In this document: positions 36,148-45,662 of the stretch, one piece after another
How positions within the stretch are numbered: position 1 is the first letter of the stretch
Layout of the letters: the number at the start of each line of letters is the position of its first letter
Assembly (NCBI GenBank): GCA_022565155.1
Contig: JADFKB010000003.1
Coordinates: 2,801 to 66,800, forward strand
Length of the DNA: 64,000 nucleotides
Source of the DNA: Chloroflexota bacterium
GTDB taxonomy: Bacteria; Chloroflexota; Dehalococcoidia; DSTF01; RBG-16-68-14
Direction of reading: 5' to 3'
The notes under the pieces: model-generated
Told to the model about the DNA's origin: nothing
What the model saw: only the letters and a program-made list of their open reading frames with translations
The model's database searches: none
Made by a program: the position numbers and the translations under genes

Positions 36148-38226
36148 ATGAACACCGGCAAACAAGTCAACGCCATGGTGGTCGTCCTCCTCCTGACGGT
36201 GATCATGATCGGCGTCTACACGCTCTTCGACCCCTTCCGCGCCGACACAGCCGAGGACGACCAGCTCGAGATGTCTGCGGTGCGAGCGGCCACCACCTTC
36301 GCTCTCAACTGCCGCCTCTGCCACGGCGATCGCGGCGAAGGCGGCGCCAACGGCGGCCGCCTGCCCGCCGCACCTGCGCTCGACCGCGTCGGGCTGCGCG
36401 GCATCGAGAAGGGCCTGTTCAGCGCCGCCGCCTTCGACGAAGCGTTCACGCTGATCACCAACACGGTCGCGTGCGGCCGCGCCGGCACGTTTATGCCGAC
36501 GTGGGGCCGCAGCCAGGGCGGCACGCTGACCGACGAGCAGATCCGCCAACTCGCCGTCCTCATCACCGGCGGCAACCTGGGCGCAGACCCGCTGCACCAG
36601 GGCGGATTCTGGGACCTGGCCCAGGAGCACGCGGACGAGCTGGACGCGGAGGCGATGGAGCACGCAACGCTGCAGATGCCGTCCGGCGACCTGGACGCGA
36701 CCGCGACACAGATTGTCGTCAGCAACGCCGGGCCGTTCTCGCCCGAACAGTTCATCCGCATCGACGACGAGCGGATGCTGGTAGTGGATGTTCCCACCAC
36801 AGGCCGCGCGCTCGTCGATGACATTGGCCGCGAGCCAAGACAGCTCCTCGTGAGCAGCGCCGAGGGCCTGGCCATCGGCGACATCATCCGCCTCGATAGC
36901 GAACTGCTGGAGGTGACCGCGATCCGGAACGACGCCGATGCCGGCATCACGCTTGACCAAGATGCCACGCTATTCGCCAACAGGATCTCCGTCAACAACG
37001 CCGCCTTCTTCTCGGAGGGCTATGTGCTTCGTGCCGGCGGCGAGCTGATCGAAGTCATGGGCCCGGTCGATACGGAACAGACGCTCGCGGTCGCCTTCGG
37101 CCGCGCGAACACGACGATCTTCGTGAGCGGCTCTGCCGGCATCGAGCAGGGCATGGTGATCCGCATGGGTGAAGAACTGCTGCGCGTGATCAGCGTCGAG
37201 CCGGCGCGCGTTTCGATCAACCGCGGTGCGGAGGACGCCGACGGTAACGCGACGCAGCCTGCGTCGCACGCTGCCGGCGCTGCGATTCTGAAGCTCGTCG
37301 AAGAGCCGGCAGAGGGCGAAGAGCCGGAAGACCCGGATACCGGCCAGACGTTGCTCGCCACGCTCGACTCCAACGAGACGACGTTGACCGTCAGCGGCGT
37401 CACCGGGCTCTCCGTCGGCAGCACCTTCCAGATCGGCGACGAGCTGGTCGAGGTGAAGAACGTGGAGCCGGCGGTGCTGCGCGTCGAACGCGGCGTCGGC
37501 GGCACCAGCAACGACTTCCACTCCCGCCGCGTGCGGATCTTCATCGGCAACCTGCTGGAGGTAGAGCGCGGCGTTCAGGGTACCTCCGCCGCGGCGCAGA
37601 CTGCTGGCACGCCCGCGCTCTTTACGGAACTCGACGTGGAGCGCGCGGTGGGCGGATCGACCGTTGCCGACCACACCAAGAACTCCGAGGTCTTCATCGG
37701 CAGCTCGTTCTTCGTCGAGCGCGGGGTGTTGGGCACCGAAGCGGCCGGGCACGCCAACGACACTCTCGTTCTCGACTTCCCGGTGGCGCCGGACAACCCC
37801 TCGACCAACAAGGGGCCGACCTGCGGCCAACTGCCCGTGGATTTGGGAGACGGCCCTTCCCCAGACGTGACGCCCGACCCAAACGCGACGCAGGTGGCGA
37901 TCTCGTTGAGCGAGTTCAATGTCGTCCCTGACGCCGCGTCGATCTCGTCCGGCCTCACCAACTTCACCGTCGCTAACGATGGCGCGATCCCCCACAACTT
38001 CCGCCTCATCGCCACTGACCTGGCGCCGGACGCGCTGCCAGTCGTCGGCTCCGCAGTGGACGAGGAGGGCCTGACCGTCGTCGCTGAAATCGGCTTGTTC
38101 GGCCCGGGCGACTCACGCCTGACGCCCGCGACGCAACTCGACGCGGGCAGCTACGTGCTCATTTGCAACGTCGCCGGCCACTATGAGTCGGGCATGTTCG
38201 CCGGCTTCGAGGTAGTCGGGCCGTAA
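36148..38226 (+). CDS. membrane-anchored monoheme cytochrome c fused through a roughly 350-aa repeat region to a C-terminal cupredoxin domain
   Basis: N-terminal TM, CRLCH heme site with a ..FMPTW Met, and internal repeats of the type ..I(R/Q)(I/L)(D/G)xELLxVxxV....V.RG..GT.A..H. The C-terminus has IPHNF..LICNVAGHYESGM (His, Cys, His, Met type-1 Cu ligand pattern). Confidence 0.8.
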   Translation: MNTGKQVNAMVVVLLLTVIMIGVYTLFDPFRADTAEDDQLEMSAVRAATTFALNCRLCHGDRGEGGANGGRLPAAPALDRVGLRGIEKGLFSAAAFDEAFTLITNTVACGRAGTFMPTWGRSQGGTLTDEQIRQLAVLITGGNLGADPLHQGGFWDLAQEHADELDAEAMEHATLQMPSGDLDATATQIVVSNAGPFSPEQFIRIDDERMLVVDVPTTGRALVDDIGREPRQLLVSSAEGLAIGDIIRLDSELLEVTAIRNDADAGITLDQDATLFANRISVNNAAFFSEGYVLRAGGELIEVMGPVDTEQTLAVAFGRANTTIFVSGSAGIEQGMVIRMGEELLRVISVEPARVSINRGAEDADGNATQPASHAAGAAILKLVEEPAEGEEPEDPDTGQTLLATLDSNETTLTVSGVTGLSVGSTFQIGDELVEVKNVEPAVLRVERGVGGTSNDFHSRRVRIFIGNLLEVERGVQGTSAAAQTAGTPALFTELDVERAVGGSTVADHTKNSEVFIGSSFFVERGVLGTEAAGHANDTLVLDFPVAPDNPSTNKGPTCGQLPVDLGDGPSPDVTPDPNATQVAISLSEFNVVPDAASISSGLTNFTVANDGAIPHNFRLIATDLAPDALPVVGSAVDEEGLTVVAEIGLFGPGDSRLTPATQLDAGSYVLICNVAGHYESGMFAGFEVVGP

Positions 38227-38321
38227 CGCCCGCCTCTTCTCAACTGCTTGACGCCTCTGATCCTCTTAGTTAGACTCATAAGTCATTGAACCAATGCATC
38301 CTAAGCGCGCAGGAGTGAGTA

Positions 38322-38441
38322 GTGGCCAATCAGGCAGGCAAGCGGTATGAGTGCAAAAAGTGCAACACGGAGATGATCGTCACCAAGGGCGGCGATGGCA
38401 GCCTTTCGTGCTGCGGCGAGCCCATGGAGCAGAAGAAGTAA
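38322..38441 (+). CDS. unannotated desulforedoxin-like mini-protein (39 aa)
   Basis: Own translation: (GTG)MANQAGKRYECKKCNTEMIVTKGGDGSLSCCGEPMEQKK*. The pattern is CxxC-15 residues-CC, the same spacing as desulforedoxin. SD AGGAG is upstream. Confidence 0.6.
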   Translation: MANQAGKRYECKKCNTEMIVTKGGDGSLSCCGEPMEQKK

Positions 38442-38459
38442 TCGGAGCGAGGTGAGACG

Positions 38460-38603
38460 ATGGCCAACCAGCTAGGCAAGCGATTCCAGTGCGAGAAGTG
38501 CAACTCCGAGGTGCTCTGCATCAAGCCGGGCGATGGCGAGGTGGAGTGCTGCGGCGTCGCTATGGAGCTGATGCAGCCTAAAGTACTTCCCTCCGCCGAC
38601 TAG
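38460..38603 (+). CDS. unannotated desulforedoxin-like mini-protein (47 aa), tandem paralog
   Basis: Own translation: MANQLGKRFQCEKCNSEVLCIKPGDGEVECCGVAMELMQPKVLPSAD*, with the same CxxC-15-CC pattern. SD GGAGCGAGGTGA is upstream. Confidence 0.6.
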   Translation: MANQLGKRFQCEKCNSEVLCIKPGDGEVECCGVAMELMQPKVLPSAD

Positions 38604-38649
38604 CCCGCAGGCGACAACCCTCCAGACCCTATGTCAGCGGTCGCTCCAA

Positions 38650-40215
38650 ATGCCGGAGCCGGCCGTTTGCTCTCTTATGAACGCATCGCTTCTCCTCAAC
38701 GCCCGCGTGCTGACGATGGACGCCGGCCGCCCTCACGCGCAGGCGGTGGCGATCCGCGCCGGGCGCATCGTCGCTGCCGGTACCGAGGCTGACGCTGCGC
38801 GCGCGCTCGATGCCGGTGCTGATCGTATCGACTGCCAGGGCGGCCTTCTGCTGCCGGCCTTCATCGATGCCCACTGCCACCTGCTGGCCTACGCGGCGTC
38901 GTTGCGCTCTGTCGATTGCAGCGCCGCCCGCAGCATCGCGGAGATCCAGGCTGCCATACGAGATGGAGCCGATGCCACGCCCGCCGGCCAGTGGATCCGT
39001 GCCGTCGGCTACGAGGAGACGCAGCTTCAGGAGCAGCGCCACCCGAATCGGCGCGACCTGGACGCCGCCGCGCCCAGCCATCCCCTCCGCCTGATCCACC
39101 GCAGCGGGCACGCCAGCGTCCTCAACAGCGTCGCGCTGCGCCTGGCCGGCATCGACACCGCTACGGAAGAGCCGCCCGGCGGCGTCATCGATCGCGACCT
39201 CGAAGCAGGCGAGCCGAGCGGGCTGTTGATCGGCATGGAGCAGGTGATCGACCGCGCTGCCCCAGCGATGCCGTACGAGGAGCTGGCCGGCGCCGTTCGA
39301 GAGGCGGCGGAGCGATTCTTAGCCGCCGGCGTCACCTGCATTCAGGACGCCACCCATACGAACGGCCTGAGCGAGTGGCAACTATTCGAGCGGCTGATCG
39401 CGGCGGGCGCGCTGCCGCTCGATGTCGTGCTGATGGAGGGATATGAGCATCTGGGAGAGCTGCCGGAGTCCGCTGCCGGCGGCCGGCTGCGGCGCGGGCC
39501 GGTAAAGATCATGCTGCACGAGCTGAGCGAGAGCATTGAGCCAGACGAAACTGAGTTGGCCCGCCGTGTCGCCCGGGTCCACGAGGCCGGCCGGCAGGTG
39601 GCCGTCCACGCCGTTGGCGAGCGGGCGGTGGCGGCGGCCGCCTCTGCCATCGAAGCTGCGGTGCGAAGCCAGCCGCGGCCGGACCACCGCCATCGCATTG
39701 AGCACTGCGGCTTGTTGCCGGGTGGGTTGGCGGCGAAACTGGCGCAACTCGGTGTCGTCGTCGTTAGCCAGCCTTCGTTCATCGCGGAGCGTGGAGACCG
39801 CTATCTGCAGCTCGTTCCGGAGCAGCAGCAGGGCGCGCTCTACGCCTTTCGCACGCTGCGGGACGCGGGCGTGGCGCTCGCCGCCGGTTCCGACGCGCCG
39901 GTGACGCCTCCCGGCCCGCTACGCGCGATAGTGGCAGCGGTCGATAGGCGCTCGGCGTCCGGCGCAGCCGTCGCGCCAGGGCAGGCCATCGAGGTCGAGG
40001 ATGCGCTGGGCTGGTGGACAGCTGGGGCGGCGCGGGCGGCGTTTCTAGAGGAAGAGCGCGGGGCGATCCGGCCTGGCCTCCCCGCCGATCTGGTATTGCT
40101 CGCTGAGGACGGCGCGGATCGGTCGCCAGGCGGCGCTGGGAAGCTCTCGATCGCGAGGATCTGGCGGGCTGGTGAAGCTGTGGAGCAGGCCACGACCGGC
40201 AGCGCCTCAGCTTGA
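38650..40215 (+). CDS. amidohydrolase family (Amidohydro_3-like) metal-dependent hydrolase
   Basis: ..LLLPAFIDAHCHLL.. (HxH metal site) and ..AGSDAPV.. An alternative start is ATG 38677. Confidence 0.85.
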   Translation: MPEPAVCSLMNASLLLNARVLTMDAGRPHAQAVAIRAGRIVAAGTEADAARALDAGADRIDCQGGLLLPAFIDAHCHLLAYAASLRSVDCSAARSIAEIQAAIRDGADATPAGQWIRAVGYEETQLQEQRHPNRRDLDAAAPSHPLRLIHRSGHASVLNSVALRLAGIDTATEEPPGGVIDRDLEAGEPSGLLIGMEQVIDRAAPAMPYEELAGAVREAAERFLAAGVTCIQDATHTNGLSEWQLFERLIAAGALPLDVVLMEGYEHLGELPESAAGGRLRRGPVKIMLHELSESIEPDETELARRVARVHEAGRQVAVHAVGERAVAAAASAIEAAVRSQPRPDHRHRIEHCGLLPGGLAAKLAQLGVVVVSQPSFIAERGDRYLQLVPEQQQGALYAFRTLRDAGVALAAGSDAPVTPPGPLRAIVAAVDRRSASGAAVAPGQAIEVEDALGWWTAGAARAAFLEEERGAIRPGLPADLVLLAEDGADRSPGGAGKLSIARIWRAGEAVEQATTGSASA

Positions 40216-40303
40216 CTTCCATGCCTGGCGAGCCATATACTTTTCTATGTAAGCCCCGACGTGTCGGGGGCGTACTTTTGTTAGGCCTTGGACACAGGAG
40301 CGG

Positions 40304-40376
40304 GCCCGCGTAGCGCAATGGTAGCGCAGCCGATTTGTAATCGGCAGGTTAGTGGGTTCGAATCCCCTCGCGGGCT
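40304..40376 (+). tRNA. tRNA-Thr (anticodon UGU), CCA encoded downstream
   Basis: Manual cloverleaf: acceptor GCCCGCG/CGCGGGC, D arm GCGC-AATGGTA-GCGC, anticodon arm GCCGA-TTTGTAA-TCGGC, T loop TTCGAAT. There is one U-C mismatch in the T stem. Confidence 0.8.
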
Positions 40377-40390
40377 CCACCACTTCTTAT

Positions 40391-40475
40391 GGAGGGGTGG
40401 GCGAGTGGCTAAAACCGGCGGTCTGTAAAATCGCTGCCCTAACGGGCTACGCAGGTTCGAATCCTGCCCCCTCCA
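40391..40475 (+). tRNA. tRNA-Tyr (anticodon GUA), long variable arm, CCA encoded
   Basis: Acceptor GGAGGGG/CCCCTCC, anticodon loop CTGTAAA, long extra arm, T arm GCAGG-TTCGAAT-CCTGC. Confidence 0.9.
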
Positions 40476-40553
40476 CCAGCGAACATTGACGCCGGGCGTC
40501 GGAAGGGCCAAACTTTAGGAGTAATGAGGCGTCCGGCCTCTGGCGCAATACGC

Positions 40554-40625
40554 GCCCACATAGCTCAGTGGTAGAGCACGCCCTTGGTAAGGGCGAGGTC
40601 ATCGGTTCAAGTCCGATTGTGGGCT
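40554..40625 (+). tRNA. tRNA-Thr (anticodon GGU), CCA encoded
   Basis: Acceptor GCCCACA/TGTGGGC, D arm GCTC-AGTGGTA-GAGC, anticodon arm CGCCC-TTGGTAA-GGGCG, T arm ATCGG-TTCAAGT-CCGAT. Confidence 0.9.
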
Positions 40626-40729
40626 CCAGATATGACAGAGGACGTCACCATAAGAGCGGCGTCCGAATGCGCATGTAGGTGACTCACGTAGGAGTCGCAA
40701 TCGAACGAGGATAAGGAGGAATCGGAACG

Positions 40730-41932
40730 ATGGCCAAGCAGAAGTATGAGCGCACCAAGCCCCATCTCAACGTAGGTACGATCGGACACGTTGACCACGG
40801 GAAAACGACGCTCACGGCGGCCATGACGAAGGTGATGGCGATGAAGGGCTGGGCGTCCTATCGCGACTTTCTGAGCATCGACAACGCGCCGGAGGAGCGC
40901 GAACGTGGTATCACCATCGCCATCGCGCATGTGGAGTACGAGACGGAGAACCGTCACTACGCCCACGTCGACTGCCCCGGCCACGCCGACTACATCAAGA
41001 ACATGATCACCGGTGCCGCCCAGATGGACGGCGCGATTCTCGTTGTCGCCGCTCCGGACGGCCCCATGCCACAGACAAAGGAGCACATCCTGCTCGCCCG
41101 CCAGGTGGAGGTGCCGAGCATGGTCGTCTACATGAACAAGGTAGATATGATGGACGACCCGGAGTTGCTCGACCTCGTCGAGCTGGAACTGCGGGAGTTG
41201 CTCACTAAGTACGAGTTCCCCGGCGATGACATTCCGATCATCCGCGGCAGCGCGCTGAAGGCGCTGGAATCGACGAGCGAAGACCCGGACGCCGAAGAGT
41301 ACAAGAGCATCTGGGAGTTGATGAAGGCGTTGGACGAGTACATCCCGATGCCGAAGCGCGAAAAGGACAAGCCGTTCCTGATGCCCGTCGAGGACGTCTT
41401 CGGCATCAAGGGGCGCGGCACCGTCGTCACCGGCCGTATCGAGCGAGGCGTGATCAACGTCGGTGAAGAGATAGAGATCGTCGGTCTGAAGGACAGTTCC
41501 AAGACCGTCGTCACCGGCGTTGAGATGTTCAAGAAGTTGCTGGATCAGGGCGAGGCGGGCGACAACGTCGGCTGCCTGCTGCGCGGCGTCGAGCGTGACG
41601 ATATTCAGCGCGGGCAGGTGCTCGCCGCTCCCGGCTCGATCACGCCGCACACCTACAGCGAAGCCAAGGTCTATATTCTCTCCAAGGACGAGGGCGGGCG
41701 GCACACGCCGTTCTTCAGCGGCTATCGGCCCCAGTTCTACATCCGCACCACGGACGTCACCGGCGCCATCGAATTGGAAGAGGGTGTGGAGATGGTGATG
41801 CCCGGCGACGATGCCGTCAATATGAAGATCAAGCTGATCCAGCCCGTCGCGATGGAAGAGGGGCTGAAATTCGCTATCCGCGAAGGCAGCCGCACCGTCG
41901 GCGCCGGCGTGTTCACGAGCATTATCGAGTAG
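40730..41932 (+). CDS. tuf: translation elongation factor Tu
   Basis: [31 protein letters not shown].., [12 protein letters not shown]. Confidence 0.98.
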   Translation: MAKQKYERTKPHLNVGTIGHVDHGKTTLTAAMTKVMAMKGWASYRDFLSIDNAPEERERGITIAIAHVEYETENRHYAHVDCPGHADYIKNMITGAAQMDGAILVVAAPDGPMPQTKEHILLARQVEVPSMVVYMNKVDMMDDPELLDLVELELRELLTKYEFPGDDIPIIRGSALKALESTSEDPDAEEYKSIWELMKALDEYIPMPKREKDKPFLMPVEDVFGIKGRGTVVTGRIERGVINVGEEIEIVGLKDSSKTVVTGVEMFKKLLDQGEAGDNVGCLLRGVERDDIQRGQVLAAPGSITPHTYSEAKVYILSKDEGGRHTPFFSGYRPQFYIRTTDVTGAIELEEGVEMVMPGDDAVNMKIKLIQPVAMEEGLKFAIREGSRTVGAGVFTSIIE

Positions 41933-41944
41933 CGGAGAGGCGTT

Positions 41945-42109
41945 ATGGCGAAGAAGGACGATCGTTCCGTAGTGACGCTGGCCTGCCCCGATTGCAGGGG
42001 GCGTAACTACGCTACGAGCAAGAGCCGTCGAAACACCCCCGACCGGCTGGAGCTGAAGAAGTACTGTCCGCGTTGTCGCCGGCATCAGCTGCACCGAGAG
42101 GTGCGCTAA
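41945..42109 (+). CDS. rpmG: 50S ribosomal protein L33
   Basis: Own translation: [54 protein letters not shown] (C4 zinc-ribbon L33). It is below the track cut-off and in the canonical tuf-rpmG-secE-nusG position. Confidence 0.9.
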   Translation: MAKKDDRSVVTLACPDCRGRNYATSKSRRNTPDRLELKKYCPRCRRHQLHREVR

Positions 42110-42134
42110 CGATCGCGAAAGAAGGCGAAGGTAG

Positions 42135-42458
42135 ATGAGTCGAGCGACCAGGCGTCATCCGCAGAAGGGCAAGGCCCGCAAGCAACGGCAGGCGCGCCCC
42201 GCTGCGATGAACCTGAGTACCAGCTCCATAAAGCGGCCGCCGCGGGAGCCCGCGCAAGGGCGCAGCGGGCTGGGCCGCATGCGGCCCCGATGGGCGGAGG
42301 ACATCATCAGCGAACTACGAAAAGTCACCTGGCCCAGCCGAGAAGACACCCAGTACCTCACCATCGTCGTCCTGATCGTCGCCTCCGCCTTCGGCGTCTT
42401 CCTGGGCGGCGTGGATATGTTCTTCAACTGGTTCATCGAAAACACGCTGCTGCGCTAA
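42135..42458 (+). CDS. secE: preprotein translocase subunit SecE
   Basis: ..IISELRKVTWPSREDT..TIVVLIVASAFGVFLGGVD.. single TM. The basic N-terminal extension makes the start uncertain. Confidence 0.85.
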   Translation: MSRATRRHPQKGKARKQRQARPAAMNLSTSSIKRPPREPAQGRSGLGRMRPRWAEDIISELRKVTWPSREDTQYLTIVVLIVASAFGVFLGGVDMFFNWFIENTLLR

Positions 42459-42467
42459 CCCTGACCG

Positions 42468-43124
42468 ATGATGGCGACCAAAGCTAAAAAAACTAAAGCT
42501 ACGACTCTCCTCGCCGACGAGGCGGAGGAGGAAGCGTCCAGCCGTACGCACATCCCTTCCGAGGCCGAAGCGTTTCAGGAAGGGCGCGTCTGGTACATCC
42601 TCCACACCTACTCCGGCCACGAGAACAAGGCGCAGACCAACCTTGAGCATCGCATCCCCTCGATGGATGCGGAGGACCTCATCTTCCGCGTCGTCGTGCC
42701 TACCGAAGAGGAGATCGAGATTCGGGACGGGCAGCGGCGCACGGTTTCCAAGAAGATCTTTCCTGGCTACATCCTGGTGCAGATGGTGGAGCTGAAAGAG
42801 GACGACCCGAAGTCGACACAGGCCTGGTTCGTCGTGCGCAATACGCCGGGCGTCACCGGCTTTGTCGGCTCCGGCACGCGGCCGGAACCGCTGGCCGAGG
42901 ACGAGGTGCGCCGCATCCTCCAGCAGATGCGCGTCGTCGAGCCGAAGGTCAAAGTCGGCTTCGAGGTCGGCGAGAGCGTTCGCATCATCGATGGGCCGTT
43001 CCAGGACTTCGTCGGCCAAGTGGATGATCTGAACATCGAGAAGGGCAAGGTCAAGGTGCTGGTCTCGTTCTTCGGTCGGGAGACGCCGGTGGAGTTGGAC
43101 TTCCTGCAGGTGGAGAAGCTGTAG
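42468..43124 (+). CDS. nusG: transcription termination/antitermination factor NusG
   Basis: ..[14 protein letters not shown].. NGN domain and C-terminal KOW (..[15 protein letters not shown]..). Confidence 0.95.
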   Translation: MMATKAKKTKATTLLADEAEEEASSRTHIPSEAEAFQEGRVWYILHTYSGHENKAQTNLEHRIPSMDAEDLIFRVVVPTEEEIEIRDGQRRTVSKKIFPGYILVQMVELKEDDPKSTQAWFVVRNTPGVTGFVGSGTRPEPLAEDEVRRILQQMRVVEPKVKVGFEVGESVRIIDGPFQDFVGQVDDLNIEKGKVKVLVSFFGRETPVELDFLQVEKL

Positions 43125-43125
43125 C

Positions 43126-43548
43126 ATGGCGAAGAAAGTTCGCGCCGTCATCAAGCTCCAGATCGAAGCGGGCAAGGCCAACCCAGCGCCCCCCGTCGGC
43201 CCGGCGTTGGGCCAGCACGGCGTCAACATCATGGGCTTCTGCAAGGACTACAACGAAAAGACATCGTCCCAGGCTGGCAGCATCATCCCAGTCGAGATAC
43301 TGGTGTATGAAGACCGCTCGTTCAGCTTCACGCTGAAGACCCCGCCCGCCTCCGACCTGCTGAAGAAAGCGGCAAACATCGAACTAGGCAGCTCCGCCCA
43401 GCTTCGCGAGAAGGTGGGCGAGGTCACGCGCGATCAGGTGCGCGTGATAGCCGAGACGAAGATGCGCGACCTGAACGCCCAGGACATCGAAGGCGCGATG
43501 CTCCAGATCGAAGGGACGGCGCGCAGCATGGGGATCGAGGTAGTCTGA
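43126..43548 (+). CDS. rplK: 50S ribosomal protein L11
   Basis: [39 protein letters not shown].. Confidence 0.97.
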   Translation: MAKKVRAVIKLQIEAGKANPAPPVGPALGQHGVNIMGFCKDYNEKTSSQAGSIIPVEILVYEDRSFSFTLKTPPASDLLKKAANIELGSSAQLREKVGEVTRDQVRVIAETKMRDLNAQDIEGAMLQIEGTARSMGIEVV

Positions 43549-43553
43549 GCGGT

Positions 43554-44264
43554 ATGAAACGCGGCAAGAAGTACACGGAAAAGGCGGCGCTGGTCGATAA
43601 GGACCGCAGCTACGCGCCGGACGAAGCGGTGCGTATGGCAAAAGAGATCGCCTACGCCAACTTCGACGAGACGGTAGAACTGCACGTGCGCACGGGCCTA
43701 GACCCGCGCCACGCCGAGCAGCAGCTACGCGGCACCGCCCTGCTCCCGCACGGCCTGGGCAAGCACGTCAGCGTGCTCGTCTTCGCGGAGGGCGAAGCCG
43801 CGCGCGCCGCCGAAGAGGCCGGCGCCGACCACATCGGCGGTGAAGACCTGGTGAAGAAAGTCGAAGGTGGCTGGACCGATTTCGACGTCGCGCTCGCCCA
43901 GCGCGAGATGATGGGCCAGGTGGGCAAGCTGGGCCGGGTGCTGGGGCCGCGCGGCCTGATGCCGAACCCGCGCACCGGCACCGTCGTCGATGCCAGCGGC
44001 ATGGCGCAGGCCGTGAAGGACGCGATGCAGGGCAAAGTCGAGTTCCGGCTGGACAAGACGTCGCTGCTGCACGTGCCGATTGGCAAGGTCAGCTTCGACG
44101 AAGAGAAGCTGCTGGAGAATCTGGCGACGCTGGTGCAGGAGGTGGTGAAAGCCAAGCCTTCCGGCATTAAGGGCGTCTTCGTCCACAGCATGACGCTGAC
44201 GACGACGATGGGCCCGCCGATCAAGCTGGACATGGCCCCCACCCTGGCGCTCACCGCCAACTGA
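43554..44264 (+). CDS. rplA: 50S ribosomal protein L1
   Basis: MKRGKKY.., ..[16 protein letters not shown].., ..[13 protein letters not shown]. Confidence 0.97.
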   Translation: MKRGKKYTEKAALVDKDRSYAPDEAVRMAKEIAYANFDETVELHVRTGLDPRHAEQQLRGTALLPHGLGKHVSVLVFAEGEAARAAEEAGADHIGGEDLVKKVEGGWTDFDVALAQREMMGQVGKLGRVLGPRGLMPNPRTGTVVDASGMAQAVKDAMQGKVEFRLDKTSLLHVPIGKVSFDEEKLLENLATLVQEVVKAKPSGIKGVFVHSMTLTTTMGPPIKLDMAPTLALTAN

Positions 44265-44380
44265 GCTCGAAGCTCGAACGTTGACGTTCGGATCTCGAAC
44301 GATCGATCGCACCCTCGACCCGCGACCCCGCCAGTGCTACAATCCTTTGGCGTCCCGATTCAGACAGGAGGTAGACCCCC

Positions 44381-45217
44381 ATGGCCCTCGATCTCTCTGC
44401 CGTCGGCAAGGAGCTGCCGGCTTCCACCTACGAGTACAACGACCGCGACGTCATGCTCTACGCTCTCGGCGTGGGCGCGACGACCGATGATCTCCCCTTT
44501 GTCTACGAAAAAGAACTGAAGGTGCTGCCCACCTTCGCTGTGATTCCCGCGTTCCCGGCGCTGATGGGCATCGGCAGCGTACTGGAGTTCAACCCGGCGA
44601 TGCTCCTCCACGGCGAGCAGCGCATTGAGCTGCGCGGGCCGATCCCAACCAGCGGCAAGCTCACCACGCAGGGCAAGATCACCGGCATCTACGATAAGGG
44701 ATCGGGCGCCGTTGTCGTCATCGAGGCCGAAACGAAAGACGAGAGCGGCGGCGTCCTCTTCGCCAACACCTTCGGCGTGTTCCTGCGCGGCGAGGGCGGC
44801 TTCGGCGGCGAGCGCGGGCCGAGCGCTGCCAAGAAGAACGTGCCGCCGGAGCGCGCACCCGATCATACTATCGAGGACAAGACCCCGCCCAACCAGGCGG
44901 CGATCTATCGCCTCTCCGGTGACCGCAACCCGCTCCACATCGACCCGGAGTTCGCGAAGATGGCCAGCTTCGACCGTCCGATCCTCCACGGCCTCTGCAC
45001 GTTCGGCTACGTCGGCCGGGCCGTGCTGAACGCGACCTGCGGCGGCGACCCGGCGCGCCTCAAAGACTTCGAGGTGCGATTCGCGGGCGTCGCGTACCCG
45101 GGCGAGACGATCATCACGCAGATCTGGCAGGAGGGGTCGGACAAGGCGATCGTGCGGGCGACGACCGCCGAGCGCGGGGAGCCGGTCATCTCCAACGCCG
45201 CCGCGACGATCAGCTAG
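44381..45217 (+). CDS. MaoC-like (R)-specific enoyl-CoA hydratase, double hot-dog fold
   Basis: ..YRLSGDRNPLHIDPEFA..FDRPILHGLCTFG.. is the hydratase-2 motif. Confidence 0.85.
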   Translation: MALDLSAVGKELPASTYEYNDRDVMLYALGVGATTDDLPFVYEKELKVLPTFAVIPAFPALMGIGSVLEFNPAMLLHGEQRIELRGPIPTSGKLTTQGKITGIYDKGSGAVVVIEAETKDESGGVLFANTFGVFLRGEGGFGGERGPSAAKKNVPPERAPDHTIEDKTPPNQAAIYRLSGDRNPLHIDPEFAKMASFDRPILHGLCTFGYVGRAVLNATCGGDPARLKDFEVRFAGVAYPGETIITQIWQEGSDKAIVRATTAERGEPVISNAAATIS

Positions 45218-45246
45218 CCAGCCAGCCACCATAGGAGCACACAGCC

Positions 45247-45621
45247 ATGAGCGAAGCCGAGAACATCGAGACGATCAGGCGCTTCTGCGCCGAGTGGACG
45301 AACCCCAACATTCCCAAGATCGTCGACTACTTCACCGATGACGCGATCTACCACAACATGCCGATTCAGGCGGTACAGGGGAAGGACGCGATCAAGGGCC
45401 TGATCGAACAGTTCACGGCAGCGTTCGAGAAGGGTGACTGGGAAGTGAAGAACATCGCGGCCGCCGGTGACGTGGTGCTGACGGAGCGCATCGACCGCTT
45501 CATCGGGCAGGAGAAGAACATGTCGCTGCAGGTGATGGGCATCTTCGAGTTGTCCGGCGGCAAGATCACCGCCTGGCGCGACTACTTCGATATGGCCGAG
45601 TGGACTCGCCAGGCGTCGTAA
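45247..45621 (+). CDS. NTF2/SnoaL-fold protein, limonene-1,2-epoxide hydrolase-like
   Basis: 124 aa, ..NIETIRRFCAEW..DDAIYHNMP..I.AWRDYFD., resembling the LEH family pattern. Confidence 0.65.
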   Translation: MSEAENIETIRRFCAEWTNPNIPKIVDYFTDDAIYHNMPIQAVQGKDAIKGLIEQFTAAFEKGDWEVKNIAAAGDVVLTERIDRFIGQEKNMSLQVMGIFELSGGKITAWRDYFDMAEWTRQAS

Positions 45622-45662
45622 CGGGGCGCAACGCGGGCCGCTGCGGCTAGACGGGAGACGCT

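Noticed and set aside
40212-40280. Possible promoter TTGACT-18-TATACT (40212..40241) for the tRNA-tuf operon, and a hairpin CCCCGAC..GTCGGGG plus T-run (40254..40279)
   Set aside because: The two readings conflict. A terminator-like hairpin lies immediately downstream of the putative promoter and upstream of the tRNAs. Sequence alone cannot decide, so I annotated neither.
40478-40553. I looked for a fourth tRNA (for example tRNA-Gly, as in E. coli thrU-tyrU-glyT-thrT-tufB) between tRNA-Tyr and the second tRNA-Thr
   Set aside because: I could fold no acceptor stem or T-loop (GTTCRANNC) cloverleaf in this spacer.
44265-44380. rplK-rplA is not followed by rplJ-rplL. I looked for an L10 leader or terminator here and found a CGAACG-ttga-CGTTCG hairpin at 44275..44290
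   Set aside because: The hairpin is short and has no U-tract. The absence of rplJL from this locus is a gene-order variation that I cannot interpret from one window.
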